Of a stretch of DNA of 64,000 nt, positions 10,550 to 19,373 are shown one piece after another. The DNA is taken from the NCBI GenBank assembly GCA_049515535.1, contig JBEKTZ010000007.1, forward strand, positions 124,001 to 188,000. The letters are read 5' to 3'. Every line of letters starts with the position of its first letter. Position 1 is the stretch's first letter. Under the pieces are notes generated by a model. That model was not told the DNA's origin. It searched no databases and worked only from the letters and a program-made list of their open reading frames with translations. Both the position numbers and the translations under genes were made by a program. Source of the DNA: Candidatus Aminicenantales bacterium (GTDB taxonomy: Bacteria; Acidobacteriota; Aminicenantia; Aminicenantales; UBA4085).

Positions 10550-12010
10550 TCACTTGGCGATTTCGCCCGTCAGCGGATCCTTCAGCGTGATCTTGTGGAG
10601 CTTACCCAGCTTGTCGAGCGGGCCGGGCCATTTGTCCCCGCCTTTATTGCTGGGATCCCAGTCGCCGACGATCATGATTACGGCCTTGTCCGGATGGATG
10701 TACTTGTTGGCGACTTCCTGGACCTTGGCCTTGGTCACGGCCTTGATCTTGTCGCGGTAAGTCTTGTAGTAGTCCATCTTTTTGCCGGTCATCTCGAGGT
10801 TGGCGAAGCTGGACATGGTCCCCTGCGGTGATTCGAATGCGTTGGCGAAGCTCTCCAGGTAATAGTTGATCGCGGTCACAAGCTCCGCGTCCGTGACGGG
10901 GTCCTTGCGGATACGGTTGAACTCGTCGACGATGAGCGAGATTGCATAGCCGACCGTGGAGGACTTGGTCTGGACGTAGCCCGAGAACTGCCCCGGGAAT
11001 CCCCACCGGTAGGCGAACCGGCTTCCCTGGTTATAAGACAAGCCTTCGTTCGATCGGACTTTCGAAGTGATCCGCGAAGAGAAGCTGCCGCCGCCGAGAA
11101 TGAAGTTCATGACCTGGACGGCGAAGTAATCGGGGTTGGTGTCCTCGGGACCCAGGTGGCCGATGTTGATGTAGCCCTGGTTGATCGGCATCTGGATGAA
11201 GTAAACGCCAGGCTCGGGGGATGGGAAGGCCTTCGGGATGGAAGGAAAGGCGAGGTCCTTGTTCTTCCAGGCGCCGACGTACTTGTCGATCTTGGCCTTG
11301 AGGTCGGCTTTGGCGAAGTCGCCGGCCGCGGAGAGGATGATGTTCCTGGGGAAGAAATACGTGGCATGGACGGCCTTCAGGTCCGCGGAAGTGATCGCGT
11401 CGTATGTCGCCTTGGTCGGCTGCCAGGTCAGCGGGTGATCGCCGTAAAGGAGCTTCTCGTATTCCCGGCTGAGGACGGTGCCCGGCTGGTCGTTGGCCTG
11501 CCGGAGCTGCTGGAGCACGCGGACCCGAACCAGGTTCAGAGGGCCTTCCCGGAACTCGGGGTTCATCAGGACGTCGAAGAACATTCCGAGGCCCTCATCG
11601 AGGTCCTTGCTGAGGACCGACAGAGATAGCGTCGCGGTCCGCTCGGCCACGTTGAAGCTGAGCGAGCCGCCGAGGAAATCGAGCCGTTCCTGGATCGCGG
11701 GGCCTTCCTTGGTCTTTGTCCCGCCCTGGATCATCGTGCCGCTCATCAGGGCGTCGAGCCCTTGTTTGTCCTTCGGGAGGTACAGCCCGCCGAAGTTGAT
11801 GTGGGCCGAGATGTTGAAGAGCGGGAGGCTGTGGTCCTCCTGAATGTAGCCGCGGAGTCCGTTGGCGAACGTCATTCGATACGCGGCCGGATCGGGCGGG
11901 TTATATGTGAGGGGAGGGTATTTCAATTCGGAGGGTTTTTGGACCTGGCCGAAGCCGATCCCGGCGAAGAGAAACCCGAGAACGAGGACGAGGATAATGG
12001 TCTTTTTCAT
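10550..12010 (-). CDS. M16 peptidase-like subunit, non-catalytic
   Basis: Start MKKTII with signal peptide; ANGL, EDHSLP, ILGGGSFSSRITSKVRSNEGLSY; no HxxEH. Confidence 0.88.
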   Translation of the reverse strand: MKKTIILVLVLGFLFAGIGFGQVQKPSELKYPPLTYNPPDPAAYRMTFANGLRGYIQEDHSLPLFNISAHINFGGLYLPKDKQGLDALMSGTMIQGGTKTKEGPAIQERLDFLGGSLSFNVAERTATLSLSVLSKDLDEGLGMFFDVLMNPEFREGPLNLVRVRVLQQLRQANDQPGTVLSREYEKLLYGDHPLTWQPTKATYDAITSADLKAVHATYFFPRNIILSAAGDFAKADLKAKIDKYVGAWKNKDLAFPSIPKAFPSPEPGVYFIQMPINQGYINIGHLGPEDTNPDYFAVQVMNFILGGGSFSSRITSKVRSNEGLSYNQGSRFAYRWGFPGQFSGYVQTKSSTVGYAISLIVDEFNRIRKDPVTDAELVTAINYYLESFANAFESPQGTMSSFANLEMTGKKMDYYKTYRDKIKAVTKAKVQEVANKYIHPDKAVIMIVGDWDPSNKGGDKWPGPLDKLGKLHKITLKDPLTGEIAK

Positions 12011-12024
12011 GGGATTCTCCTTTC

Positions 12025-13584
12025 TTACCGCCCCGAGCCCCGCCGGTTGATGGCCGTGAGGCTGTTGTCCTTGACGAAGTACTTCGCGGCCACCCGTTTG
12101 ATGTCGTCGTTCGTGACCTTTTTCAGATCGTCGAGGTCGGTAATGAGCGACCGCCAGCCCCGGTGGAGCTCGGCCCGGCCGACGCTGCCGGCGAGGCCCG
12201 TGGAGCTCGACAGGCTGCGGATGAACTGGGCCTCGAAGCGGTTCTTGGCCTTCTGGATCTCGTCGGGCGTCACGCCGTCCTTCTTGACCTTGTCGATCTC
12301 GACCCAGATCTCCTTCTCGAGGTCCTCGGGCTGAACGTTTTTGTCCAAGCGGGGCGTGGCGCCGAACTGGAAGGCGCCCACGAACCACTGCGCCCGGCTG
12401 GACGCGGAGACGTTGACGGCCAGCTGCTTCTCCTGGACCAGGATCTTGTTGAGGCGCCCGGTCCCGGCGCCGCCGCCGAAGCCGCCGCCCCGCTGGCCGA
12501 TTTCGCCGCCGTCGGGGCCGAGGCCGCCGCGCATGCCGCCGCCCCCTCCGCCGAGGATGCTGGCCAGGACCTGCAGGGGGGCCGCGTCGGGCTGCCCGGC
12601 CTGAGGTGTATGGAACATCATCGAAAGGCTCGTGGGCGCGGAGCTTTCCCCATAGAGGCGCTTTTCACCGTATTGGGGCGGTTCGGCGGTCCGCAGCGGC
12701 TCGATATCCGGTCCCCGGGGGATCCGGCCGAAATATTTCTCGGCCATGGCCGCGAGGGCTTGCGGATCGAAGTCGCCGACATAGATGGCGACCGCGTTGT
12801 TCGGGACGTAATACTTGTTGTGGAACTCGATGAGGTCGGCCTTGGTGATCTTCTGAATGTCATCCATCCAGCCGATGGTGTCCCAGTGGTAGCCCGATGC
12901 GGAGTAGAAGGCGGCATTGACCTGCTCGCTGAAGAAGAAGCCGGGGCGGTTCTCGCTCAGGCGGCGCTCCTCCATAATGACGTCTTTCTCGGAGTAGAAC
13001 TCGCGGAAGTAGGCGTTCATGAGCCGGTCGGACTCGACGAACATCTGGAGTTCGACCTTGTTCGAGGGCATGGTGACGTAGTAGCCCGTGTTTTCGCCGC
13101 CGGTCGAAGCGTTGACTCCCGTGCCGCCGTTGTTGGCGTACAGGTTGTCGAGCTCGTCCTTGACGATATAGGCTTTCTCGGCCTTGGTCAGCTCTTCGAA
13201 TTCCTTCTGCCATCCGGCGATTTTGGCCTTGTCGCCGCCGTCGGCCTTCCAGAACTTCTCATGATAGATCTTGTCCATCACGGCGTCGATCTTCTTGTCG
13301 ATTTCGGTGTCCTTGGCGAAATCAGAGACGCCGACGACATGGGTGCCCTTGAACATCATGTGCTCATGGATGTGGGCGATGCCGGTGATGCCCTCCCGCT
13401 CGTTGATCGAGCCGACCTTGAAGTAAATGTGACAGACGACGCGGGGAACGCCGGGCCGCGGGATCATCAGGATTTTCATCCCGTTCGACAGCACGTGTTC
13501 CTTCACGTCGAGCTTCAGGTCCGCCGCCGCGAGGAGCGAAGCGAACGCGAAGAGCGTGAAAAGAAGAACCAGTTTGCGTTTCAT
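12025..13584 (-). CDS. M16 zinc peptidase, catalytic subunit
   Basis: Signal peptide; LSNG, GIAHIHEHMMFKG (HxxEH), NAST, VIMEERR. Confidence 0.92.
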   Translation of the reverse strand: MKRKLVLLFTLFAFASLLAAADLKLDVKEHVLSNGMKILMIPRPGVPRVVCHIYFKVGSINEREGITGIAHIHEHMMFKGTHVVGVSDFAKDTEIDKKIDAVMDKIYHEKFWKADGGDKAKIAGWQKEFEELTKAEKAYIVKDELDNLYANNGGTGVNASTGGENTGYYVTMPSNKVELQMFVESDRLMNAYFREFYSEKDVIMEERRLSENRPGFFFSEQVNAAFYSASGYHWDTIGWMDDIQKITKADLIEFHNKYYVPNNAVAIYVGDFDPQALAAMAEKYFGRIPRGPDIEPLRTAEPPQYGEKRLYGESSAPTSLSMMFHTPQAGQPDAAPLQVLASILGGGGGGMRGGLGPDGGEIGQRGGGFGGGAGTGRLNKILVQEKQLAVNVSASSRAQWFVGAFQFGATPRLDKNVQPEDLEKEIWVEIDKVKKDGVTPDEIQKAKNRFEAQFIRSLSSSTGLAGSVGRAELHRGWRSLITDLDDLKKVTNDDIKRVAAKYFVKDNSLTAINRRGSGR

Positions 13585-13616
13585 GCGGTTTTAACCTCCT
13601 GGGAAAATAATAAACA

Positions 13617-13664
13617 GGGGACACCGGCCGGATTCGGATTCTCCGGGATTCGGAGCGTGTCCCC
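13617..13664. repeat. GGGGACAC...GTGTCCCC palindromic (REP-like) site
   Basis: Perfect 8-bp terminal arms resembling the arms of the repeats at 20261 and 21135. Confidence 0.45.
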
Positions 13665-13782
13665 GGATTTAAAGACGAAAGGAATGGCCGCCAGACTCAG
13701 CATGATAGGCAAACATCATTTCTCAATTTTCCGGGAAAGTCAAGAATCGGTCCCGACGGCGGCGTTCGGCGGCGTCGCCCTA

Positions 13783-14544
13783 TTATCCGTATCTTCCGGT
13801 GATGTAATCTTCCGTGCGCTTGTCCCGGGGGCGGGTGAAGATGTCCGTGGTCCGGCCGAATTCGATGAGTTCCCCGAGAAGCATGAACCCCGTCTCCTCG
13901 GATACGCGGGCGGCCTGCTGCATGTTATGGGTGACGATGACGATCGTGTAGCGGCTCTTGAGAACCTGCATCAGCTCTTCGATCTTGAGCGTGGCCATGG
14001 GATCGAGCGCCGAACACGGCTCGTCCATCAACAAGACTTCGGATTTGACCGCGACCAGCCGGGCGATGCAGAGGCGTTGCTTCTGCTCGAGGGACAGGTC
14101 CAGGGCGCTTTTGTCGAGCTTGTCCTTGAGTTCTTCCCAAAGATGGACCGCCTTGAGGCTTTCCTCGACGATGCCGTCGAGCTCCGCGCCTTTGGACATG
14201 TGGTGGACCTTGGGTCCGAAGGCGATGTTTTGATAAACGCTCAGCGGGAACGGGTTCGGCCGTTGAAAGACCATGCCGACTTTTTTGCGGAGGGCCGTCA
14301 GCCCGCTTTTCTGGCCATAGATGTCCTCCCCGTCGATCCGGACCGAACCCTCGATGCGGACGCCTTCGATCAGATCGTTCATCCGGTTGAGACAGCGGAG
14401 GAGAGTGGATTTCCCGCATCCCGATGAACCGATGAGGGCCGAGACGGCCTTTTCCCGGATGGACATGCGGATGTCAATCAGGGCCCGGAATCCGCCGTAC
14501 CACAGGTTGAGATTTTCGACTTCGATCTTCTTCGCGGCCGTCAT
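13783..14544 (-). CDS. pstB: Phosphate ABC transporter ATPase with degenerate signature
   Basis: Start MTAAKK; GSSGCGKS, GMVFQRPNPFP, DEPCSALDP, VTHN, YITGRYG; signature reads LSLEQ. Confidence 0.93.
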   Translation of the reverse strand: MTAAKKIEVENLNLWYGGFRALIDIRMSIREKAVSALIGSSGCGKSTLLRCLNRMNDLIEGVRIEGSVRIDGEDIYGQKSGLTALRKKVGMVFQRPNPFPLSVYQNIAFGPKVHHMSKGAELDGIVEESLKAVHLWEELKDKLDKSALDLSLEQKQRLCIARLVAVKSEVLLMDEPCSALDPMATLKIEELMQVLKSRYTIVIVTHNMQQAARVSEETGFMLLGELIEFGRTTDIFTRPRDKRTEDYITGRYG

Positions 14545-15323
14545 CCGAACCTGCCCACGATGTAATCGTTCGTTCGCTGGTCTTTCGGCGCCGTGAAGAT
14601 CTTCTCCGTGCCGTCGATTTCGATCAGTTCGCCCATCAGGAAAAAGGCCGTCCGCGTTCCGACGCGCGCGGCCTGCTTGGTGTTGTTGGTCACCAGAACG
14701 ATCGAATGGTTTCTTTTCAGCTCCGACATGGATTCCTCGACCTTGGCCGTGGAAATGGGATCGAGGCCCGAACACGGCTCATCGAAGAGAATGACGTCCG
14801 GTTCGAGGGCCAGGGTCCGGGCGATACAGAGGCGCTGCTGCTGACCGCCCGAAAGCTTGAGGGCCGACGAGCGGAGCCGGTCTTTCACCTCATCCCAGAG
14901 ATAAGCGGCCCGGAGACTCTTTTCGACCGTCGCGCTCAATGCCTTTTTGTCCCGCGTTCCCGCCATTTTCGGGCCGTAGACGATGTTGTCATAGATGGAC
15001 AGAGGCAGAGGAATCGGCAGAGCGAAAATCATCCCGATCCTTTTTCTCAGAACTTCCGCCTCCATATCTTTGTAAATGTCCTTGCCATCGAGATAAATCG
15101 ATCCGGACATTCGCATATGGCTCTCGAGGTCATTGAGCCGATTCAAGGCGCGAAGAAAGGAGGTTTTTCCGGAATTCGAAGGCCCGATGATGCTCAAGAT
15201 TTCGTTCTTGTGGATGTCCAGGGAAAGCCGGCCCAGCGCCTGGACTTTCCCGAAGTGGATCGATAGATCCTGGACTCGGATTTTGGGCTCAGCCCCGCAC
15301 TTCCGGCCGTTCGCCTCGTTCAT
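14541..15323 (-). CDS. pstB: Phosphate ABC transporter ATPase with degenerate Q- and H-loops
   Basis: GPSNSGKT, LSGGQQQRLCIAR, DEPCSGLDP, YIVGRFG; position in pst operon. Confidence 0.9.
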   Translation of the reverse strand: MNEANGRKCGAEPKIRVQDLSIHFGKVQALGRLSLDIHKNEILSIIGPSNSGKTSFLRALNRLNDLESHMRMSGSIYLDGKDIYKDMEAEVLRKRIGMIFALPIPLPLSIYDNIVYGPKMAGTRDKKALSATVEKSLRAAYLWDEVKDRLRSSALKLSGGQQQRLCIARTLALEPDVILFDEPCSGLDPISTAKVEESMSELKRNHSIVLVTNNTKQAARVGTRTAFFLMGELIEIDGTEKIFTAPKDQRTNDYIVGRFG

Positions 15324-16165
15324 TTCTTTCTCTTCCGGAATCGCGTGCGGATGACGACCGCCGTGATGTTCATGATCAGGACCAGCCCGACGAGGACGAG
15401 CGCGGTCCCGTAGCGGTAATTTTCAGGAATGTTCGGGATCTGGGTCGAGATGATATAAAGATGATAGGGCAGAGCCATGGCCTGGTCGCCGAGCGAATGA
15501 GGCAGTTTGGGAAGATAGAACGCCGCGACGGTGAAAAGGATGGGCGCGGTCTCGCCTGCCACCCGGCCGATGCTGAGGATCGCCCCGGTCAGGACGCCGG
15601 GGAGGGCGAACGGAAGCACCGCGTGCCGGATGGTCTGCCAGCGCGAAGCGCCGAGCGAATAGCTCACTTCCCGGTAGGATTTCGGGACGGCGCGCAGGGC
15701 CTCCCGGGTGGTCGTGATGATGACGGGCAGGGTCATGATGCCCAAGGTCAGGGCGCCCGATATGATCGAAACGCCGAATTTCAGGAAGACGACGAACAGG
15801 CTGAGGCCGAAAAGGCCGTAGACGACCGAAGACACTCCGGCGAGATTGATGATGGCGAGATTGATTATGCGGGTGAGGGCGTTGTCCCGGGCGTATTCAT
15901 GCAAATAGATGGCGGCGAGCATGCCGAGCGGAAGGGAGAAGACGATCGAGACGACGACGAGATAGACCGTTCCGATAATCGCCGGCAGGATGCCGCCCGC
16001 CCGCATGCCTTCGGTCGGCATCGTGAAGAGAAAACTCAGGGACAGGGCGCTCCAGCCCTTGGCGATGATCATCCCGATGATGAAGATCACGGGGACGACC
16101 ACGAGGAGCGTGGCGAGGAGCAGGACGCCGAATCCGGTCTTTTGTTTCAGACGTTCACCGATCAT
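15320..16165 (-). CDS. pstA: Phosphate ABC transporter permease
   Basis: GGILPAIIGT, LAGVSSVVYGLFG, RVAGETAP. Confidence 0.93.
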   Translation of the reverse strand: MIGERLKQKTGFGVLLLATLLVVVPVIFIIGMIIAKGWSALSLSFLFTMPTEGMRAGGILPAIIGTVYLVVVSIVFSLPLGMLAAIYLHEYARDNALTRIINLAIINLAGVSSVVYGLFGLSLFVVFLKFGVSIISGALTLGIMTLPVIITTTREALRAVPKSYREVSYSLGASRWQTIRHAVLPFALPGVLTGAILSIGRVAGETAPILFTVAAFYLPKLPHSLGDQAMALPYHLYIISTQIPNIPENYRYGTALVLVGLVLIMNITAVVIRTRFRKRKK

Positions 16166-17037
16166 CGGCGCTTTCCTCGATGGAGAAAAAGGTCGGCCGT
16201 GATATTGATGAGGAACGAGATCACGAACAGGACGATGCCGATGGCGAATAGGGCGTAATAATGGTCGCTGCCGCGGACGGCCTCGCCCATCTCGGCGGCG
16301 ATGGTCGCCGTCAGAGTCCGCACCGGCTGGAGGAGGGTCCGGGGGATGACCGCGGCGTTGCCGGTGACCATCATCACGGCCATCGTCTCTCCGATCACCC
16401 GGCCGATGCCGAGCATCGAGGCCGCGATGATCCCCGGCAGGGCGCCGTGGATGATGACCCGGTGAAGCGTCTGCCAGTGGGTGGCCCCCAGGGCGAGGGC
16501 CCCTTCCTTGTATTCCCGGGGAACGGAATTGATGGCGTCCTCGGAAATGCTGATGATGGTCGGGAGGGCCATGAAGGCCAGCATGATCGATCCCGTCAGG
16601 GCCGTAAGCCCCGTCGGGATGCCGAAGAACTTCTTGATGAACGGGACGATCGTCACCATTCCGATGAAACCCAGGACGACCGAGGGGATGGCGGAAAGGA
16701 TCTCGACGCAGGATTTAAGAAGGTCCCGGACTTTGGGATGGACGATCTCGGCGATATAGAAGGCGGAGGCGATCCCCAGAGGAACCGCGATCGCAATCGC
16801 TCCCACGGTCACGAGAATCGAGCCGAAAATGAGAGGCAGGATCCCGAGTTTGGGCGGGTCGGAGACGGGATACCAGAGTTTTCCGCCTAAGAAATCGCCG
16901 AGGCCGTGGTTTTTGAATAGGGAGATCCCCTCTTTGAGGAGGAAAACGAAAATCAGGACGACGAAAACGATCGAAGCGATGCCGCTGAGAAAAATCAATT
17001 TCTCGATGACGAACTCTTTGATTTTTCTCGGGCTCAT
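16162..17037 (-). CDS. pstC: Phosphate ABC transporter permease
   Basis: W.P, AIPSVVLG, RVIGETMAV. Confidence 0.93.
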   Translation of the reverse strand: MSPRKIKEFVIEKLIFLSGIASIVFVVLIFVFLLKEGISLFKNHGLGDFLGGKLWYPVSDPPKLGILPLIFGSILVTVGAIAIAVPLGIASAFYIAEIVHPKVRDLLKSCVEILSAIPSVVLGFIGMVTIVPFIKKFFGIPTGLTALTGSIMLAFMALPTIISISEDAINSVPREYKEGALALGATHWQTLHRVIIHGALPGIIAASMLGIGRVIGETMAVMMVTGNAAVIPRTLLQPVRTLTATIAAEMGEAVRGSDHYYALFAIGIVLFVISFLINITADLFLHRGKRR

Positions 17038-17043
17038 GGGGCG

Positions 17044-17949
17044 CTATTTAATCGGAACGAAGTCGATTTTCTTGACGATCTCCTGCCCTTCCTTGGAATA
17101 GACGAAATCCATGAAATCCTTGATGATCCCTTGGGGTTTGCCGTTGGTGTAGATATACAGCGGCCGGGAAATCGGGTAGACGCTGGATTTGACGGCCTCG
17201 ATGGTGGGCTCGATGAACGGCGACTTGGCGTCCTTGGCCACGGCGATGACTTTCTGCCGCGGACTGATGTACCCCATGCCGTAATAGCCGACGGCGTTTT
17301 CGTTCCCCGCGATCTCGTCGGCGATGGCCTGGGAGGATGGCATCATCAGCGCCGCCGGGGAAAATTCCTCGGGGCCCTTGGCGTTGCCGCGTCGGAGCAC
17401 GTGTTCTTTGAAGAAGATATGCGTCCCCGAATTGAATTCGCGCGAGAGGATGACGATGGGCTTGTTAGCGCCGCCGACCGTCTTCCAGTTGACGATGTTG
17501 CCCATGAAGATCTCGCGGAGCTGGTCGATGGTCAGGTTTTTGATCGGGTTTTTCAGATTGACCACGATGGCGATCCCATCCAGGGCCACGGTCTCCTGGT
17601 TGGGCTTGACGCCTTTGGCCTCGGCCTGGGCGATTTCCTTGTTTTCGATGGCCCGCGACGATTCGGCGATATCGCAGGTGCCGTTGATCAACGCGGAGAA
17701 GCCCGTCCCCGAACCTCCGCCCGTGACGGCGATGTTCACGCCGGGGTGGCTCTTGTTGAAGGCCTCGGCCCAGGCCTGGCCGAGGTTGACCATCGTGTCC
17801 GAGCCCTTGATTTGAATGGCCTTTGCTTTTTGCTGGGCAAAGGCTGGGCCGCCGCCGACGGCGAGGGCGAATATCAGCGCGAACGCGCCGATCAGCGAAC
17901 GCGCGCTGATCAGTGAATGCGCCACACAGGGGACGATAGACTTCCTCAT
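17044..17949 (-). CDS. pstS: Phosphate-binding protein
   Basis: ATG after AGGAG; KGSDTM, GGGSGTG, SSR, SGT, YPISRPLY. Confidence 0.92.
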   Translation of the reverse strand: MRKSIVPCVAHSLISARSLIGAFALIFALAVGGGPAFAQQKAKAIQIKGSDTMVNLGQAWAEAFNKSHPGVNIAVTGGGSGTGFSALINGTCDIAESSRAIENKEIAQAEAKGVKPNQETVALDGIAIVVNLKNPIKNLTIDQLREIFMGNIVNWKTVGGANKPIVILSREFNSGTHIFFKEHVLRRGNAKGPEEFSPAALMMPSSQAIADEIAGNENAVGYYGMGYISPRQKVIAVAKDAKSPFIEPTIEAVKSSVYPISRPLYIYTNGKPQGIIKDFMDFVYSKEGQEIVKKIDFVPIK

Positions 17950-18009
17950 CTTTTCACTCCTATTTGATCGGTCAATCTTATGATTTTGGGGAAAGTACAA
18001 GTAGAATGA

Positions 18010-18038
18010 ATTATAAAAAAGGCTTCGCGGGCTGTCAA
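18010..18038 (-). promoter_or_regulatory. Consensus sigma70 promoter for the pst operon
   Basis: TTGACA-N17-TATAAT on the minus strand. Confidence 0.8.
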
Positions 18039-18196
18039 GGGCGAGGGGATGAGCGCAACGCGGGGCGTCGGCCGGATCATTGTTCCGGACGTCCGGCAAA
18101 TCGACCGAAAGATAATTGACTTCTCGTTTATCTCGGAATCACCTGATCTTAAAATATTCCGCCAACTCCTCTGAATCGAAGCTACAAAAATAGTTC

Positions 18197-18256
18197 TTGA
18201 CAAAGCCGGCTAATCAATGTATGCTTGCGTAGCAAGCATACATTGATTAGCCGGCT
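18197..18256 (+). promoter_or_regulatory. Promoter with perfect 25-3-25 inverted repeat (putative AbiEi operator 1)
   Basis: TTGACA at 18197, TATGCT at 18220; arms 18204-18228 and 18232-18256. Confidence 0.75.
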
Positions 18257-18310
18257 CAATACGGATATCTTTACTTATAAAACGAGCTAATTTTTATTCG
18301 TTTATTCTTC

Positions 18311-18371
18311 TTGACAATAGGATGGTGAGCATGTTAGGCTTGCTACGCAAGCCTAACATGCTCACCATCCT
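18311..18371 (+). promoter_or_regulatory. Promoter with perfect 25-3-25 inverted repeat (putative AbiEi operator 2)
   Basis: TTGACA at 18311, TGnTAGGCT; arms 18319-18343 and 18347-18371. Confidence 0.75.
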
Positions 18372-18394
18372 TAGATCCGAACTTATATCCTCGA

Positions 18395-19372
18395 TTGTCA
18401 AAAAATAATATTCCTTTTCAAAAATCCTTTCCTCCAAGATGGGGAGATTTCTTAAAAGCTCTAATGGATCGTCTATCAAAAACGACTGCATCATTGCCTA
18501 GCGTCCGCTGTTTAACTGAAAGCACACTTTCACATGTGTTCGAGGAAATACGAACAAATCTAAGCCTGCCCTCAACGTATCCGAGCGGTACGAAAATCCT
18601 AGATCTTTTAATGTCTATGGGAATAGCAACTCGAATCCCGATTGAAGGAACGCTCACATCCAAGCCATCAAAAAAGTTTTATATATTTGGAATACGCGGA
18701 TCACAAGAAATAAACGTCGAGCCTCTGGAATTATTACAGGCTTATCATCAATCGGGTGTAATTTGCTATTTTAGCGCGTTATCATTTTTGAATCTGACAT
18801 CTCAATTGGCGACTCATCATCACATCGCTATTTTGACGCGACCGAAGATTAAAGCAAAATACGATCTAGCGAAAATATTACCAGAGACAATTCGGCAACA
18901 GAAAAAAAACGAACGATCTAGACTCGGAACTTCCGTCTTCTCTTATCAAGGTATCTCTTATTATTCGACCAAACGAGTAAAAAAATCCATTCCCGGCATT
19001 AAAACCCGAAGCCTATCTCCATGGACAAAAATTCGAATAACGACAACGGAACAAACTCTTCTTGATACTCTACAATACCCTTTCCACTGTGGAGGGCCAG
19101 AAGCCATATTCGAGGCATGGGAGAGAAAAATAAATCAAATTGATGATGAATTAATTCTCGATTACCTAAAAGAAATTCAAATAGCCCCTCTCGCAAGACG
19201 CCTCGGAGCTATATTTGAGCTTTATGATCATCACCCTACAAATAGGCTTAGTTCATTCTTGAGAAAATTGATGAGGCGATTTATGACGGAATCCGAATTC
19301 AAGACAATTTCACTTCTAAGAGGAATTGATTATTCGCGTATAAATACTAATTGGAATGTTTCTATACCATAA
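18395..19372 (+). CDS. abiEi: Type IV toxin-antitoxin antitoxin, AbiEi family (start uncertain)
   Basis: VICYFSAL, ITTTEQTLLDTLQYPFHCGG, RRLG; directly upstream of an AbiEii-like gene. Confidence 0.8.
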   Translation: MSKNNIPFQKSFPPRWGDFLKALMDRLSKTTASLPSVRCLTESTLSHVFEEIRTNLSLPSTYPSGTKILDLLMSMGIATRIPIEGTLTSKPSKKFYIFGIRGSQEINVEPLELLQAYHQSGVICYFSALSFLNLTSQLATHHHIAILTRPKIKAKYDLAKILPETIRQQKKNERSRLGTSVFSYQGISYYSTKRVKKSIPGIKTRSLSPWTKIRITTTEQTLLDTLQYPFHCGGPEAIFEAWERKINQIDDELILDYLKEIQIAPLARRLGAIFELYDHHPTNRLSSFLRKLMRRFMTESEFKTISLLRGIDYSRINTNWNVSIP

Positions 19373-19373
19373 A

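Noticed and set aside
12011..12388. N-terminal extensions in the ORF track (M16 partner, pstB to 14775, pstS to 18099, pseudokinase to 31195)
   Set aside because: They overlap neighbouring genes or promoters; downstream starts have an RBS, translational coupling or a signal peptide
12163..14427. 754-aa plus-strand ORF and similar long antisense ORFs (e.g. 33713-35509, 37042-38769, 7278-8486)
   Set aside because: Shadows of well-supported opposite-strand genes in high-GC DNA; no recognisable motifs
17950..18040. Pho box upstream of pstS
   Set aside because: No convincing CTGTCAT-type 11-bp-period repeat
18204..18371. CRISPR array or mini-array from the twin palindromes
   Set aside because: Only two units, the arms differ, there is no repeat-spacer periodicity and no cas genes
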